Part shown: piece by piece, positions 49,761 to 62,900 of the stretch
Numbering within the stretch: the stretch's first letter is position 1
Layout: each line of letters begins with the position of its first letter
The notes under the pieces: model-generated
What the model was told of the DNA's origin: nothing
The model's input: the letters and a program-made list of their open reading frames with translations, nothing else
The model's database searches: none
Assembly (NCBI GenBank): GCA_043228905.1
Contig: JBHGNT010000008.1
Coordinates: 13,454,001 to 13,518,000 of the forward strand
Reading direction: 5' to 3'
Length of the DNA stretch: 64,000 nt
Source of the DNA: Azolla caroliniana
Taxonomy: Eukaryota; Plantae; Polypodiophyta
Position numbers and translations under genes: made by a program

Positions 49761-52700
49761 CATATGTAAACATTTTAGATAATCAATTAAAGACCACTAC
49801 AACATCATTGACTTAATGAAAAAAATTACATATAAACTAAACACATGATTAGATGGGAGAAGAGAGAATAGAAAGAAAAATTCTGGAAAGAGTTACCGAA
49901 GTTCTTTGTTGATCGTTGTCTGGATCAAGGCCAACCGCACAACGATCGATCAGCATCAATCAAAAGACAAATGAAAAACAAAGAAACATTAGTACAAAAA
50001 TCTGATACCAAATATTATAGATCATAGCACTAATGTAAGCTTAAGATAAGGATAAGGATAAAGAATTGAAAGATAGAAAGGAGAAAGAGAAAGAAGGGTG
50101 CCGATCCACCCGACCACCCCCGAGCGAAGGGATCGAGACGGACTCGAGCCTCGATCGGCGTCCCATACCACCGCCGTGGCGTCGAGTCGTACCTGGTGCT
50201 GGCGCGCTCGCTACAAGAGTTGACCCACCACACGAGCAGAGTCTCAATGTAGTCAAAAGATCCTCAAATGAGGGTAGCTAGGCCTCTTATTTATAGCGAT
50301 ACCCAAGGCCTGAAGGCAAGTTCACACTTGACCTAATGGGTTGTCTCAATCCCGAGGATTAAAAGTAATCCTCCCCTTCTTTACACTCTCATTTAACCCT
50401 CACACTTATCCACGTGTATAGATTACTACGGTAAATTCTTACCACGGGATATTATATGGTCATGCTCGTAACAGGATGAGTCAGAGTCGACAGACCTATG
50501 GAAGTCGATTGAAGACTACGAGTCGGAATCCGTAAATCCTCAACGACCGATCAACACATATGAACCCAAGCCGACAGTAGAGTCAGCAGAGACATCCGAA
50601 CTGGAGTGACAACGAGTGGAAGGAGATGCCCACTCAAAGAAAGGAGAGCACCGATGACATATGCCAGTCAATAAATCCTCTTGACTGATGAAGGTGAACC
50701 AGGATGCTATGATGAAGCCATTGCCAATGAGCACAAAGAAAAATGGTTGAGTGCAATGCAAGATGAGATGGACTCCTTGCACGAAAACTACACCTAGGAC
50801 GTGGTAGAATTACCGAAAGGTCAGAGATCACTTAGAAAAAAATGGGTCTATAAGGTGAAGATTGGAGAAGTCAATAACACACCTAGGTACAAAGCCTGCA
50901 TTGTGGTGAAGAGGTTCCAAAGGAAAAAGGGTGTCGACTTTGATGCGGTATTCGCACTAGTCGTGAAGATGACATCCATGTGAACTGTTCTGAGCATAGT
51001 TGCCAGCATGGACCTAGAGATAGAATAGCTAGATGTCAAGAAGACATTCTTGCATGGGGTTTAGGATGAAGAGAGCTACATGCAACAACCCAAAGGTTTT
51101 GAGGAGAAAGGGAAAGGGAACTTGGTGTGTCGATTGAAGAAAACCTTGTATGGTCTGAAACAGGCTCCACGCCAATGGTACAAGAAGTTCGAATCCTTCA
51201 TGTTGGAACATTGGTTCCAAAAAACATAGGATGATCATTGTGTGTTCGTAAAAAGGTATGTTGAAGGAGTCTTCTTGATTCTCTTATTATATGTAGATGA
51301 CATGTTAATAGTCGGTCAAGATACAAGGAAGATCGATAGCTTGAAGAAAGCATTATGCAAGTCCTTTGCCATGAAAGATCTTGGACCGGCAAAGTAGATC
51401 TTAGGGATGCACATAGTTCGAGATAGAACTAAGAGAGTGTTGTGGTTGTCACAAGAGAAATACGTGACGAAGATCCTAGAAAGACTCAACATGTCGGAAG
51501 CAAATCCAGTCTGCTCGGTGTTGCCGACAAACTGCAAGTTGAATGCCAAGCAATGCTCGATAGGGGAGAAAGAAAAGGCTGAGATGAGGAAAGTACCATA
51601 TGCCTTAGCCGTCGATAGTCTTATGTATGCTATGGTCTGCACGATAGAAATAGCTTTTGTTGTGTGAACAGAAAGCCGATACATGAGTAATCTAGGGTGA
51701 GAACACTGGGCAGCGGTAAAGTGGATACTTAGGTACTTGAAAGGGACCTCGAGAGTATGCATTAGATATGGTATCATGAAACCTATGCTTGAAGGGTTTA
51801 CTGACTTAGACATGTCGGGTGATGAATACTCAATCCGATCCACATAAGGGTACATGATGACTAATGTAGGGGGAGTAGTGTCGTGGCAGTCATGACTACA
51901 TAAGTCTGTGGCCTTGTTGACTACAGAGGTAGAGTACATGGTGAGGAGCTGATTTGGATGAGAAATTTTCTCAGGGAGATGGGGATGAAGCAAAGGGAGT
52001 TCTTGCTTCATTGTGACAGCCAGAGTGCCATACATCTAGCAAAGAATGCCACGTACCACTCCCGAACCTGGCATATACAGGGAAGGTATCACTGTTTGAG
52101 GGAGAAAGTTCAAGAAGGAGAGTTTACCCTTGTGAAGATCCATACTGACGACAATGGATCCGGCATGCTCACGAAGAACCTACCAATGGACAAACTCAGA
52201 GTCTGTTGACAGAGGATAGGACAAATAGACTCCTTGCCACTGGTGTGAAGGGGGAGTTTTTTAGGAATATGTCCCTCCAGTGGGAGGAGCGGAGTTCTCT
52301 CGAAGAGAGCCGACAGTTGAAGACAGGGGGTAGTCGATTGGATCGATGACAGCCGACAGTCGAGGACTTGACTTTGAGAGAGTCGACATGGAGACTTGAC
52401 AAGATATGATTGAGGTCGAAGTCACAACCTGCTAGTCTAGCCGACCAGATGGTCGAGGACCAGGCCGACTAGTCGGACCGACCCGACAGTTCGACGAATG
52501 AGTCGAATGATTAGTAAGACTATTATTATTATTAGATAATAATAATGGTCATGATTGTAAATAGCCCATTCTATGTATTAGTATAAATACACCTAGGGAA
52601 AACATGAGATGTAGAGTAGAACATAATAACATGTGTGGTTGTAGAGTGTGTGATAGCAAGAGAGGCTGAGGAAGAGAGCGGCGTGTGAAAATTAATATGT

Positions 52701-55482
52701 GGAAGCATATGACAAACCAGCTCAGCTGGATACCAATAGGACGTAAGGAAGAAGGTTTAATGGAGACCTTACACAGAGAATACATGGGAGAGTCAGAGAG
52801 AGAGCAAAACACAAAACTCGATTAAAAAATAATAATCATTTGTACATAGAATGTGCTCAGAGAGTACTTTTATACAAGTCCATAAAGAGCTAGCAGGTAA
52901 TTCAATGCTCATACAAGCGATTGACACTGACTCGCAAAAATATGTCTATGTACTAGGTTGGATCCGTAGGCCTCTAATGGTCTACCGGTTTCAATCCGAT
53001 CCGGCTCTCTGTTCAGGATCCGGTTGAACTTGCTTGCTCAACACTCCCCTTGAAGCTGAACTTGAGGTTGGATCGTGGTGTCAGTTTCTGTGGTAGCCGG
53101 TTCTTCCATCTAACTCCTTCTAGCGTTCTCCCAACTCGCTCACGCTCCTCGTTCGGTCCGGTTCTTCCTTCCACGACCTGTCCAGTTCTGTGCTCCTCGA
53201 CCTTCTTGGTCGACATGTTTGCTTAGCAGGCCCATCTAAGCTCCTTCGTTGTTATGATGCCGGTGCTTGTCGACCCATCGGTTCCTCCATGTCGGTGTCG
53301 ACTTTCGCTGCCTTCTCGTCCGCTTGGCCTTTGGTTGATCCGGCTCCTTCGAATCAAATTGTTGAACCGAATGGGCTTCCTCCGATTCGTTCCAGCTCTT
53401 GTCCAAGTTGGTAGTCTCCAACTCGTTTTTCGTTTTTAGGACCTTCACCACATCGGACCACGTCCAGGTCTTGGCCTTCTTCTAGTCGGCTCTGTCCTTC
53501 TTAATTTTGTCGCTGCCGCCGCTTGTTCCGACTTGCTCGGATATGTCAACTCGCCTTTTTCTTCTTATCTTCCCTTGTCTTGGTTCTTTCCTCTTTGTCT
53601 CCGGCTCCTTGTCCAATGCTATTACCCGTTTCGGTTCCCGCTCTCCCCCTCAAGTGTGGCACGTCGAATGTTGAATGCCTAGTATCTCCGAAAAGTGTTG
53701 CAACTTGCCCGATCTATCAGGCTTTGTGAAGATATCGGCAACCTGCCAATCCATATGAACATACTGAAGGTCAACTTCACCGCTCAGGACCCACTCATGG
53801 ACAAAGTGATAATGCACTTCAATGTGCTTTGTTTGAGCATGGAATACAAGGTTCTTGGTGAGCTGCATACTACTTACGTTGTCGCAGTAGATCAGGATCG
53901 GGGTCGGCACCTTGATCTGGAGGTCTCGCAACAGTCGCTGAAGCCAGATGGATTCAAAGGTGGCAATGGTAGTGCCCCGGTATTCAGCCAAAGTGCTCGA
54001 CAGAGCCACGATTGGCTTCTTTTTGTTGCTCCATGAAACAACCGATCTACAAAGAGAGAACATATAGCCGAAGGTGGATCAACGATCTGATGCATCACCA
54101 GCCTAGTTGGCATCCGTATATCTGACTAGCTTCCCAACTATACCATGTCGGTATAACAATCCCCGGTCCTTCGTGCCACTCACATATCACAATAGTCGAT
54201 GCGCACACTAAAGGTGCTCCACGATAGGCTTCTGCATAAATTCGCAGATCACTCCGATTGGATAACTGATATCCGGTCGGGTGATTGTCAAGTAGATAAG
54301 GCTTCCGACAATTTGTCGGAACCATTTCTCATTGCAGGCCAGTCCGGAGTCGGGACATAGCTTCAAGTTCCGGTCTAGGGGTGTGCAGATCAGTCGACAT
54401 TCTGTCATATTCAACACATAATGGCCTGGTCAGAGCAATATGCCATCGGGGCTCTGAATCACCTCGATCCCCAGAAAATAATGAAGGTCCCCTAGGTTCT
54501 TCATTTCAAATGCGTCCAACAACTGGGACTTCACTCGACCGATTTCATCGAGTCGGGTTCTGGTGATGACTAGAGGCGCAATTTTTCTATAGCCGGCTTG
54601 AGGCCCTTCTTGGCTGGTTTGGACTTCGTTTCTGAAGTTCCGCCTTCATATTTTCTAGAGTCAGATTCGCTCCAATCTGACCCTGCACTACCGGGGTCAT
54701 ATCCCGGCATCTTCTTGCACATTCGGTCGGGACCGTGGTCCAAGCTTGCTTTCCCCTTCTCTTTGCACGTGAACCGTTGTCGCGAAAATACGAGAAGGAC
54801 ACGTGAACTTGAGGAAGGACCCCGGGCCTCCGACCAGAGGATACCAAATTCGTGCATTTATGGATTAAGAAATTAACCGATATGACAAAGTTTGATAATT
54901 TTCATTAAGAAAGTAAAAGAAAAATTACAATCTATCCTGAGATTGGGATTATAAAAGTTTAGGCTTTGTCAGATATGGCTTGATAAGAAACAATTAGGTT
55001 TCAAATTTATGAGATATGGCTTTCATAAGAAAAAAAATAGGTCTATTCGAGAGAGATATGGGTTCCGTAAGGAAAATTAGGGTTTCTGATAGATAGCTTC
55101 CATCAAGAAAATTAGGGTTTATGGCTTCCGTAAGGAAATTAGGGTTTATGAGAGATATGGCTTTCCTAAGGAAAATTAGGTTTTATGAGTGTTATGGCTC
55201 CGTAAGATAAGGGAACAAAGAAGGAAAAGAAAAATAATGGAGAGTGGCCCCGCAGTAGAGAAAAAAAAAATGGAATATATATGGAGTTCTCCGTTGATCA
55301 TAGTCTCCCATGTTACTTTGCATGCCCACTTTTTGTTGCATGGCTTTTAGTTGCATGGCCTCCCTCTTTTCTCTGCATGCCTTTCACATGACCTTTACTT
55401 TATGCATGCCCTCTAACTTTAGTTGCATGCGTCCACATCTCCTTTACTTTACTTTACTTTACTTTACTTTAATTCACTGCAT

Positions 55483-56271
55483 TGACGGGAACTCAACGCT
55501 CCTTATACACAACGCTCGGCCACAACCGAGCTTCTTTTCATACACAGGAAACAGGAAACGAAAAACACACGACACAAAGGAGAGAAAAGGGTACACAAAA
55601 TGTTTATGTGGAAAACCCAAAGAGGGAAAAACCACGGCAGCCCACAAGCTGCAAGCTATCACTAAGTTGGAATGTACAAAACAGTGAGTTCACGAAGGCA
55701 ACGACCTCGTGCTCACGATCTTCGCCACAGGCAGCGGTTACAACAGAGGCAGCGACCTCTTTCTCTGTCTCTCTCTGTACATTGTTACGTGCTCTCTCTT
55801 CTTCTTGCACCAACAAGAAAATGACAACAACAACACTAAAAAGTTTGCCCTAAGTCATATTTATACTAATATGACTTTTCGGCTATTTACAAATGTAGCC
55901 TCGATGGGCTCTCAGAAACATATTTACGAATATGTCTCTTCCTCCGGTTCGCACCGGGTCTGCATCATCCGGCTCTCCGTAGCCGGGTGCTCCTCATTCG
56001 GTTCTCACCGGTTCTGCACCATCCGGCTCTCCGTAGCCGGGTACTCCTCATCCGGTTCACACAGAACCTGCACCATCCAGCTCTCCATAGCCGGGTACTC
56101 CTCATCCGGTTCACACCGGGCCTGCACCATCCGGCTCTCCGTAGCCGGGTACTCCTCATCCGGTTCACACCGGGCCTGCACCATCCGACTCTCCGGAGCC
56201 GGGTACTCCTCATCCGGTTTCGTCGACACTGTTCTTCTCCCTTCCCATCCGGAGGGACCTGTCTCCCAACA
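55483..56271 (-). mobile_element. Copia-type solo LTR inside element B LTR, TSD TGCAT
   Basis: TG..CA termini; TSD 55478-55482/56272-56276; absent from the partner LTR near 60208. Confidence 0.85.
55940..56219. repeat. 54-bp tandem repeat x5
   Basis: TCCTCATCCGGTTCACACCGGGCCTGCACCATCCGGCTCTCCGTAGCCGGGTAC units. Confidence 0.92.
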
Positions 56272-57338
56272 TGCATGATCCTATCATCCGTCCATCTCGA
56301 CCATCGCCCATCCGACCTGTCTGGTCCGCATCCGGTTTCTATTCTGTCGTCGTCCAGTTGTCGGTTCTGTCCGGTTATCGATTGTCGGCTCCATCCAATT
56401 GGTCGTTGGTTGCCGGTTCCGTCGTCATCCGGTTCCAGTTCCCAACTTCATCGCCAACTCCATCCGGTTTCCAGTCCGTCGTCGTTCGGTTGCCAATTCC
56501 GTCGCTATCCAGTTTCGGTTCCCAACTTCATCATCGGCTCTGTTCGGTTTTCGATTTCCAATTGCCGGCTCCATCCGGTTTTGGTTTCTGGTTACCATCT
56601 CCATCCGGTTTACGGTTCCCGGCTTTGTTGCCAGTTCTATTTGGTTGCCGGCTCTATCCGGTTTCCGATTACCGTCTGCATCTAGTTTCCGGTTCTCGAC
56701 TTGGTTGCCGGTTCTATCCAGTTGCCGGCTTCATCCGATTTCCAGTTGCCGACTCCATCCGGTTTCTGGTTTCCGATTACCGTCTCCATCTAGTTTCCGG
56801 TTCCCGGCTTTGTTGCCGGCTCCATCCGATTTCCAGTTGTTGTCTCCATCCGGTTTTCGGTTCCCGGCTTTGTTGCCTGTTCTATCCGGTTGCCAGCTCC
56901 ATTCAGTTTCCGGTTGCCGGCTCCATCCGGTCGCCGGTTCCTTAGCCACATTTGTCCATGTAGACAAATTGGTCCAAGTCCAACCATTCCTTTTATGCTC
57001 TCACCACATAGATAAAAATGAATGGTTCTCAATCTTGTTATATAGATGGATCCTAAAGTTTCCTATCTATATGGGATATCTTACAATTTTGTTTTCCTCT
57101 TCTTCTCAAACTTCACACACACATAACTTGATACTTCTTTATCTGTTTCATGCGTAGAAAAATGTGTTATGAAACTCTGGAAGATATCTATCTTCCCATA
57201 TCAATCCATTAAGCTAATCTTAAATACTTATTTTACTAGTTTTTATATTGTGTGTGAAAAACCACTCGACATTCACCCCCACCAAACCTACATCCAGCGG
57301 TATATGCCAATTGTAGTGAGGTTCCTCTTTTGATTATT

Positions 57339-59140
57339 CTACTTCATCGATGTTTCTTCTTTATACCCGAACCGCCATTGCCATCCGATCCACCATATTC
57401 TTCGCTCATTCTTTGCATTTCCGTGGTTGGTTTCCATGGCTCCCTTTTCTCCTGTAGAGCATAATGCTTCATGCTTTGTGCATGTGCCACCTTCATCTCG
57501 ACTATCTCCTTGGTCATCTAACTTTCTTTTATCATCCTTTCTTGTTCCATGCATGAATTTCAAAGGCCTTATCAAAATACTATTGTTGAGTACTCTTAGT
57601 GGTTCATTCTTCAATTGCATGCTCATCTCGAGGTCCTTAAGTGAACACATTTCATGCTTCTCACTTTTTTTACTTTCGTGGTATACTTCAGATTTGACCA
57701 TGACTTCTTTGTTGCACGCACTAGCTTCAACCCTTGCTTCCTCGCCGCCATCGTCCTTCTCTTGGGTCTTACATTAGTTAATGCCCAAGTCTCACAAACG
57801 AGTATGGAGAGATTTATACGATTTTGTAGTTTGCCTTTGCCTTTGCCTTTGCCGTGCTACCCTTAGCCACTTCCAGCTTATGGTTGTTCGCATTGGCTTT
57901 AATCTTTGCTTCCTCACCGTCACCTTCCATCTCTTGGGTCTTACATCGGTTAATGCCCAAGTCTCAAGAACCTTTGTGGGGAAAGTCTCTTCATGATCGT
58001 CATCTACCCTCTTCGGCTTGACGTCATTCTCCATGGCTATCTCTTTAGACTCATGGGCCTCGGACCCATGGACCCTCTTGATCGAGAAAGCCTTGATTAT
58101 TCTTCCCTCTTCTTCGCATGGGTTAGTTTCAGCCTTCACTTCCTCGCCACCACCTTCCGTCTCTTGGGTCTCACATTGGCTTTTCGACGCAACTGCCCAG
58201 GTCTCTGGAACAAGTGTGGAGAAAGTCTCGACACGACCATCCGCCATTGACTGGTCCTTAGCCACCTCTGACTCGATGTCATTTTTCGTGGCTATCTCCT
58301 CAATCATGTCAGCCTCACACTTTTTATCTCCCTTGATCATGGAAGCTTTGATCATGCTTGCACCTTCATCACTTGATGTTTTAGACAAGATGCGTGTTTC
58401 GAAACATTTGTCTTCGCTTGAAGTGGCATTCACCACCCTCAATTGATTTGTTTCATTCTTCATCATTGTTTCTTTGCAAGACGAGAAGGCGTCTTGTTCC
58501 ACACCTTCTCCCGTGGTTTTGTCGTACCGAACTTGGGCCTTTGTATTGGTCGTATCATTACTCCACCTTTGTTGGGAAGTCTCTTCTTCCTTGATAACCA
58601 TTTTAATCGGTTTTGGTTCCATTATAAGATTCTCTTTGGCCTTGACTTGCACCTTTAAATTATCATATGCTTCATTTATGAAGGCCTCTATGTCGAGTAC
58701 CATCGAACCTTCCCTCTTCAAGCTCTCTTCTTTAGGTGGTAGTTTGTAGTTGCTTCCTGTCCTCTTTTGACCATTCGTTCTGGGTTGTGTTGTTGCCAAT
58801 GAGAATCTTGTCTTCCTCTTATCATGTAGTCGACATTCTCTTTCCAGTTTTATCCAATCCTCAGTGAGGCCATTTGCACCATCGTCATCCTCAAGTCGGA
58901 TTCCAATGGCCTTCCTTTCCTTCAGATCTATTGATTTCACGAACATTAGGACTTTATCCACCCCCACCAATCTTTGATCCCGCTCCGAGAGTTGTTAAAA
59001 GTGACACTCGAACTAAACGAAAACATGCATGGCACTTTGGTGGGTCTTTAATGATGATACCCATTGGTCGAACTCGTATACGCTGCATCTCTTCGACTCT
59101 TTGTATTTATATGCGTTCATGAGATATCCTCCTGCCACCT
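57339..59140 (-). pseudogene. Gag-like/acidic low-complexity ORF remnant of element B
   Basis: ORFs 57792-58970 and 57339-57701 homologous to element A pieces, including a terminal RRIWWI.W motif. Confidence 0.7.
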
Positions 59141-59285
59141 CGTTTCACGTTGGGTTCACCAAAGGTGTCGCAGAAATACAACGAGGATACATGAACTCGA
59201 GGCAGGACCTAGGGGCCTCTGACCAAAGGATATCACATTCGTACATTTAAAATTTTAACAATTAACAGAAATATGAAATTTAATA

Positions 59286-59950
59286 ATTTTCCCTACGGAA
59301 GCCATAACAGTAAAAAACCGTAATTTTCCCTACGGAAGCCATAACACTCAAAAACCCTAAATTTCCCTACGGAAGCGATATCTCTCCTATAACCTAATTC
59401 TAATTTTCCCTACGAAAGCCATAACACTCAAAAACCCTAATTTTCCATACGGAAGCTATATCTCTCAAAAACCCTAATTTCTTATCAAAGCAAAAACCCT
59501 AATTTTCCTTTCGAATCCATATCTCTGTTTCTTCTAATCGATTATTCTATTAATCTCCTTTTCTATTAATCTCAGTGAACCTAAACTTCTGAATCCCAAT
59601 CTTGGGACATATTGTAATTTCTTTTCCTTTGTTAATGAAAATTATTAAATTTCTTATTTCCGTTAATTCTTAAAAATATAAATGCACGAATGTGATATCC
59701 TCTAGTCGGAGGCCCTGAGGTCCTACCTCGAGTTCACGTATCCTCGTCGTATTTTCGCGACACCTTTGGTTGGGTTTTTGAGTGTTATGGCTTCCGTAGG
59801 GAAAATTAGAATTAGGTTATACGAGAGATATTGCTTCCATAGGGAAAATTAGGGTTTTTGAGTGTTATGGCTTCCGTAGGGAAAATTAGGGTTTTTGAGT
59901 GTTATGGCTTCCGTAGGGAAAATTACGGTTATTGAGTGTTATGGCTCCGA
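59286..59950. repeat. ~35-bp repeat array containing AAACCCTAA/TTAGGGTTT, in both orientations
   Basis: TTTTCCCTACGGAAGCCATAACACTCAAAAACCCTAA units then their reverse complement; related array at 54995-55200. Confidence 0.85.
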
Positions 59951-62900
59951 TAAGACAAGGGAGGTCAGAAGGAAAAGAAAATAAAATGGAGAGCCCAAGA
60001 GTGCAGGAAAAAAATGGAATTTATATGGGTTTCTTTGTTGATCCCTCCTTTGATGTTCTTTTGCCTCCCCCAATTTTAGTTGCATGGCCTGCCTCTTTTC
60101 TTTGCATGCCTTTCACATGAACTTTACTTTATGCATGCCCTCCAACTTCAGTTGCATGCGTCCACATCGCCTTTACTTTACTTTACTTTACTTTACTTTA
60201 ATTCGCCGCATGATCCTATCATCCGTCCATCTCGACCATCACCCATCCGATCCTTCCGGTCCGTGTTCGGTTTCCATTCTGTCGCTGTCCGGTTGCCGAT
60301 TGCCGGCTTCGTCCGATAGGTCGCCGGTTGCCGGTTCCGTAACCATTCGGTTTCGGTTCCCAACTTTATCGCTGCATCCGTCCGGTTTTCGGTTTCGGGT
60401 TGCCGGTTGCCGGGTCCGTCCGATAGGTCGCTGGTTGACGGTTTTGTCACCATCCGGTTCCGGTTCCGGTTCCAAAAACTAGTAGATCCGCACGTAGTGA
60501 TGGATCTTCTAGTTTACGGTTCCCGGCTTTGTTGCTGGTTCTATCTGATTGCTAGCTTCATCAGATTTCCAATTACCGTCTCCATCCAGTTTCCGTTCCC
60601 GACTTTGTTGCCAGTTCTATCCAGTTGCCGGCTCCATCCGGTTTCCGGTTTACGGTTCCCGGCTTGGTTGCCGATTCAATCCGGTTGCCGATTACCGTCT
60701 CCATCCAGTTTCTGGTTTCCGGCTTTGTTGCCGGTTCTATCCAGTTGCCGGCTCCATCCGGTTTCTAGTTGCCGGGTCTATCCGGTCGCCAGTTCCTTAG
60801 CCACATTTGTCCATGTAGACAAATTGGTCCAAGTCCAACCATTCCTTTTATGCTCTCAACACATAGATGAAAACTAATGGTTCTCAATTTGGTCTTATCG
60901 ATGGATCCTATAGTTTTCTATATATGTGGGATATTTTACAATTTTGTTTTCCTCTTCTTCTCAAACTTCACACACACATAACTTGAGACTTCTTTATCCG
61001 TTTCATGTGTAGAAAAATGCGTTATGAAGCTCTTGAATATATCTATCTTCCCATATCAATCCATTAAGCTAATCTTAAATACTTATTTTACTAGTTTTCA
61101 TATCGTGTGTGAAAAATCATACGACACCGTCTTCTCGATTCCTTGCGCAGGGAGAGCACGACAGAGTCTCCACTACTCGCCAATTCTTCATCCGACTGGT
61201 CCTTTCGACTCAGCCGCTTATTCGGCCCACTTAGCCGGAATGACATCAGAGTCTCATGTAGAGTACCGAATTCCTTATGTTTTACCTGAACCTCTCCGGG
61301 TTCACTAGCCTCATCATCCGGAATTGGGTCTTCGTCGGGAGTTGGAGTCGGTAGAGAGTACCATGATGTTGACTCATCAAACTTGACATCTCAACTTACT
61401 CGGACCTCTTTAGTCTGGGGGTTATAAAACTTATACCTCTTCTGTTCATTCGAGTAGCCGACGAGTATGCACTTTTCCGACTTCGGATCCAGCTTCCTCC
61501 GCTTCTCATCCAGTATATGCACCAAATATCCAAAGATGTCTTAAATTTGGCTTCCGCCCAAAATACAACTCATGTGTTGACACCTTATCTCCGATCCAGT
61601 TTTGGATGTAGACGGCCGTCCGGACCGCCTCAGCCCTGTAGAACCAGGGCATGCTATTTTCCTCCAGCATTTCCCTTGCCACGTCGACAATCGACCGGTT
61701 CTTTCTCTCGGCGACACCGTTTTGTTCCGATGTGTATCGGCAGCTAAATTCTTTGTGAATTCCTTTTTGCTGCAGATACTATTGAATTGGCCGGAAATGT
61801 ATTCTTTTCCACCATCAGACCGTAGGCACTTGATCTTTCTTTCTGTTTCCCTCTCGGCTAGGCTTTGTAGATTCCGGAAACAGTCGAAGACTTCACTTTT
61901 CCTCTCAATGAGGTAGATCCATCTGTGCCACCTGTAGTCGTCGATGAAGGAGACAAAATTTCGACTCTTGCCAAGACTAACGTTTTGTGCCAATCCCCAT
62001 TCATCCAAATGGATTAAGTCAAGCTTGTTATGGCTCCGGTTTTGTTCGGTGTTGCTTCCCGAGTTAGCAGGCTTCACATATTTGGGCCTTCTGGTCACTG
62101 AATTTCGGCAATCTGAGAACAACCTATTTCTATTGTAGATCTTGAAGCCTTCGATAGTTGACGTGGTCGATTCTCTTGTGCAAGAGATTGATGTCTGATT
62201 CAGTCTTCTGTCCTTTGGCAAACATAGCAGTGCCGACGTCGATGGTGTCGAGGATGAACATCCTCCTGTCTCTACGCCCTTGCGCAATTATCCGGCCTTC
62301 TTCCTCGATGAAGCACTCGAGGTGCGTAAACCGCAACTGCATTCCCTGGTCAACGATTTGTCCGATCGACACTAGGTTCTTTGTGATTGTCAGAACATGT
62401 AGTACGTTAATCAACTTTTCCTTTTATCCAGCATGGCTTAAGGGAACTTCTTCGACATGCACAATCGGGTGAGGGGTGTCATCTCTGGTTTCGACGATTC
62501 CTGGTTGTTCTGGTTTTTGCAAACATGAGGACCACTCTTTGTGGCTCATCATGTGGTTTGAGGCTCCCGAATCAACATACCATACTTCCTCCACTTTGGA
62601 AGTAGTCTTCTTCATCGAGTTAGCCCTGTGCTTCATCACAAAGGTTGGCCCCTTTCCGGTTTTCCTAGTTCTGGATCCTTCCGATCGTTCTACGTAGTGC
62701 GAGCTTTGCTGGTTTCCCTGTCCGGCCATGCCGGATCTGGATTTGTCTGAATCGGCTCACTTCTTCCAACACTCGCTTTCTCTATGGCATTTCTTGCCAC
62801 AATACTAGCATTCCGTGTCGGCCTTCCTTTGCTGGTTTCCGGCGCCGTTTTCACTCCCCCTGCTCATGGAGGGTCCAAAACTGTTATCGGCATTGTCTTG

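Larger units (their letters stand above)
43444..50473 (-). mobile_element. Young full-length chromovirus-type Gypsy; 461-bp LTRs 43444-43904 and 50013-50473; TSD GGATG; PBS-iMet 50001-50010
   Basis: LTRs differ at about 2 positions seen; TSD 43439-43443/50474-50478; PPT AAAGAGGGGGAGTA; TGGTATCAGA. Confidence 0.97.
41370..52683 (+). mobile_element. Degenerate Copia: 5' LTR 41370-42015, PBS-iMet 42019-42030, gag/IN/RT/RH remnants, 3' LTR from ~52259 interrupted at 52684
   Basis: LTR homology (GTCCCTCCAGTG.GAGGAGC, GACTATTATTATTATTAGATAATAATAATG); TGGTATCAAAGC; NYVNWKIKMEDLL; LYVDDML; PPT GAAGGGGGAG. Confidence 0.88.
54778..61126 (-). mobile_element. Non-autonomous LTR element B (same internal family as A): LTRs 54778-57271 and 59166-61126, 4-bp TSD CCGT, tRNA-Trp-type PBS 59144-59161
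   Basis: TGTCG..CGACA termini; TSD 54774-54777/61127-61130; PPT GGTTTGGTGGGGGTGAA; ORF VGVDKVLMFVKSID..LEDDDGANGLTEDW homologous to 8800-8915. Confidence 0.88.

Noticed and set aside
51316-52035. 239-aa minus-strand ORF
   Set aside because: Antisense to Copia RT/RNase H remnant
55940-57157. Long overlapping ORFs on both strands
   Set aside because: By-products of 54-bp and CCGGTT-rich repeats inside LTRs
59286-59950. Interstitial telomere
   Set aside because: Single TTAGGG-type motifs embedded in longer units, not tandem TTTAGGG
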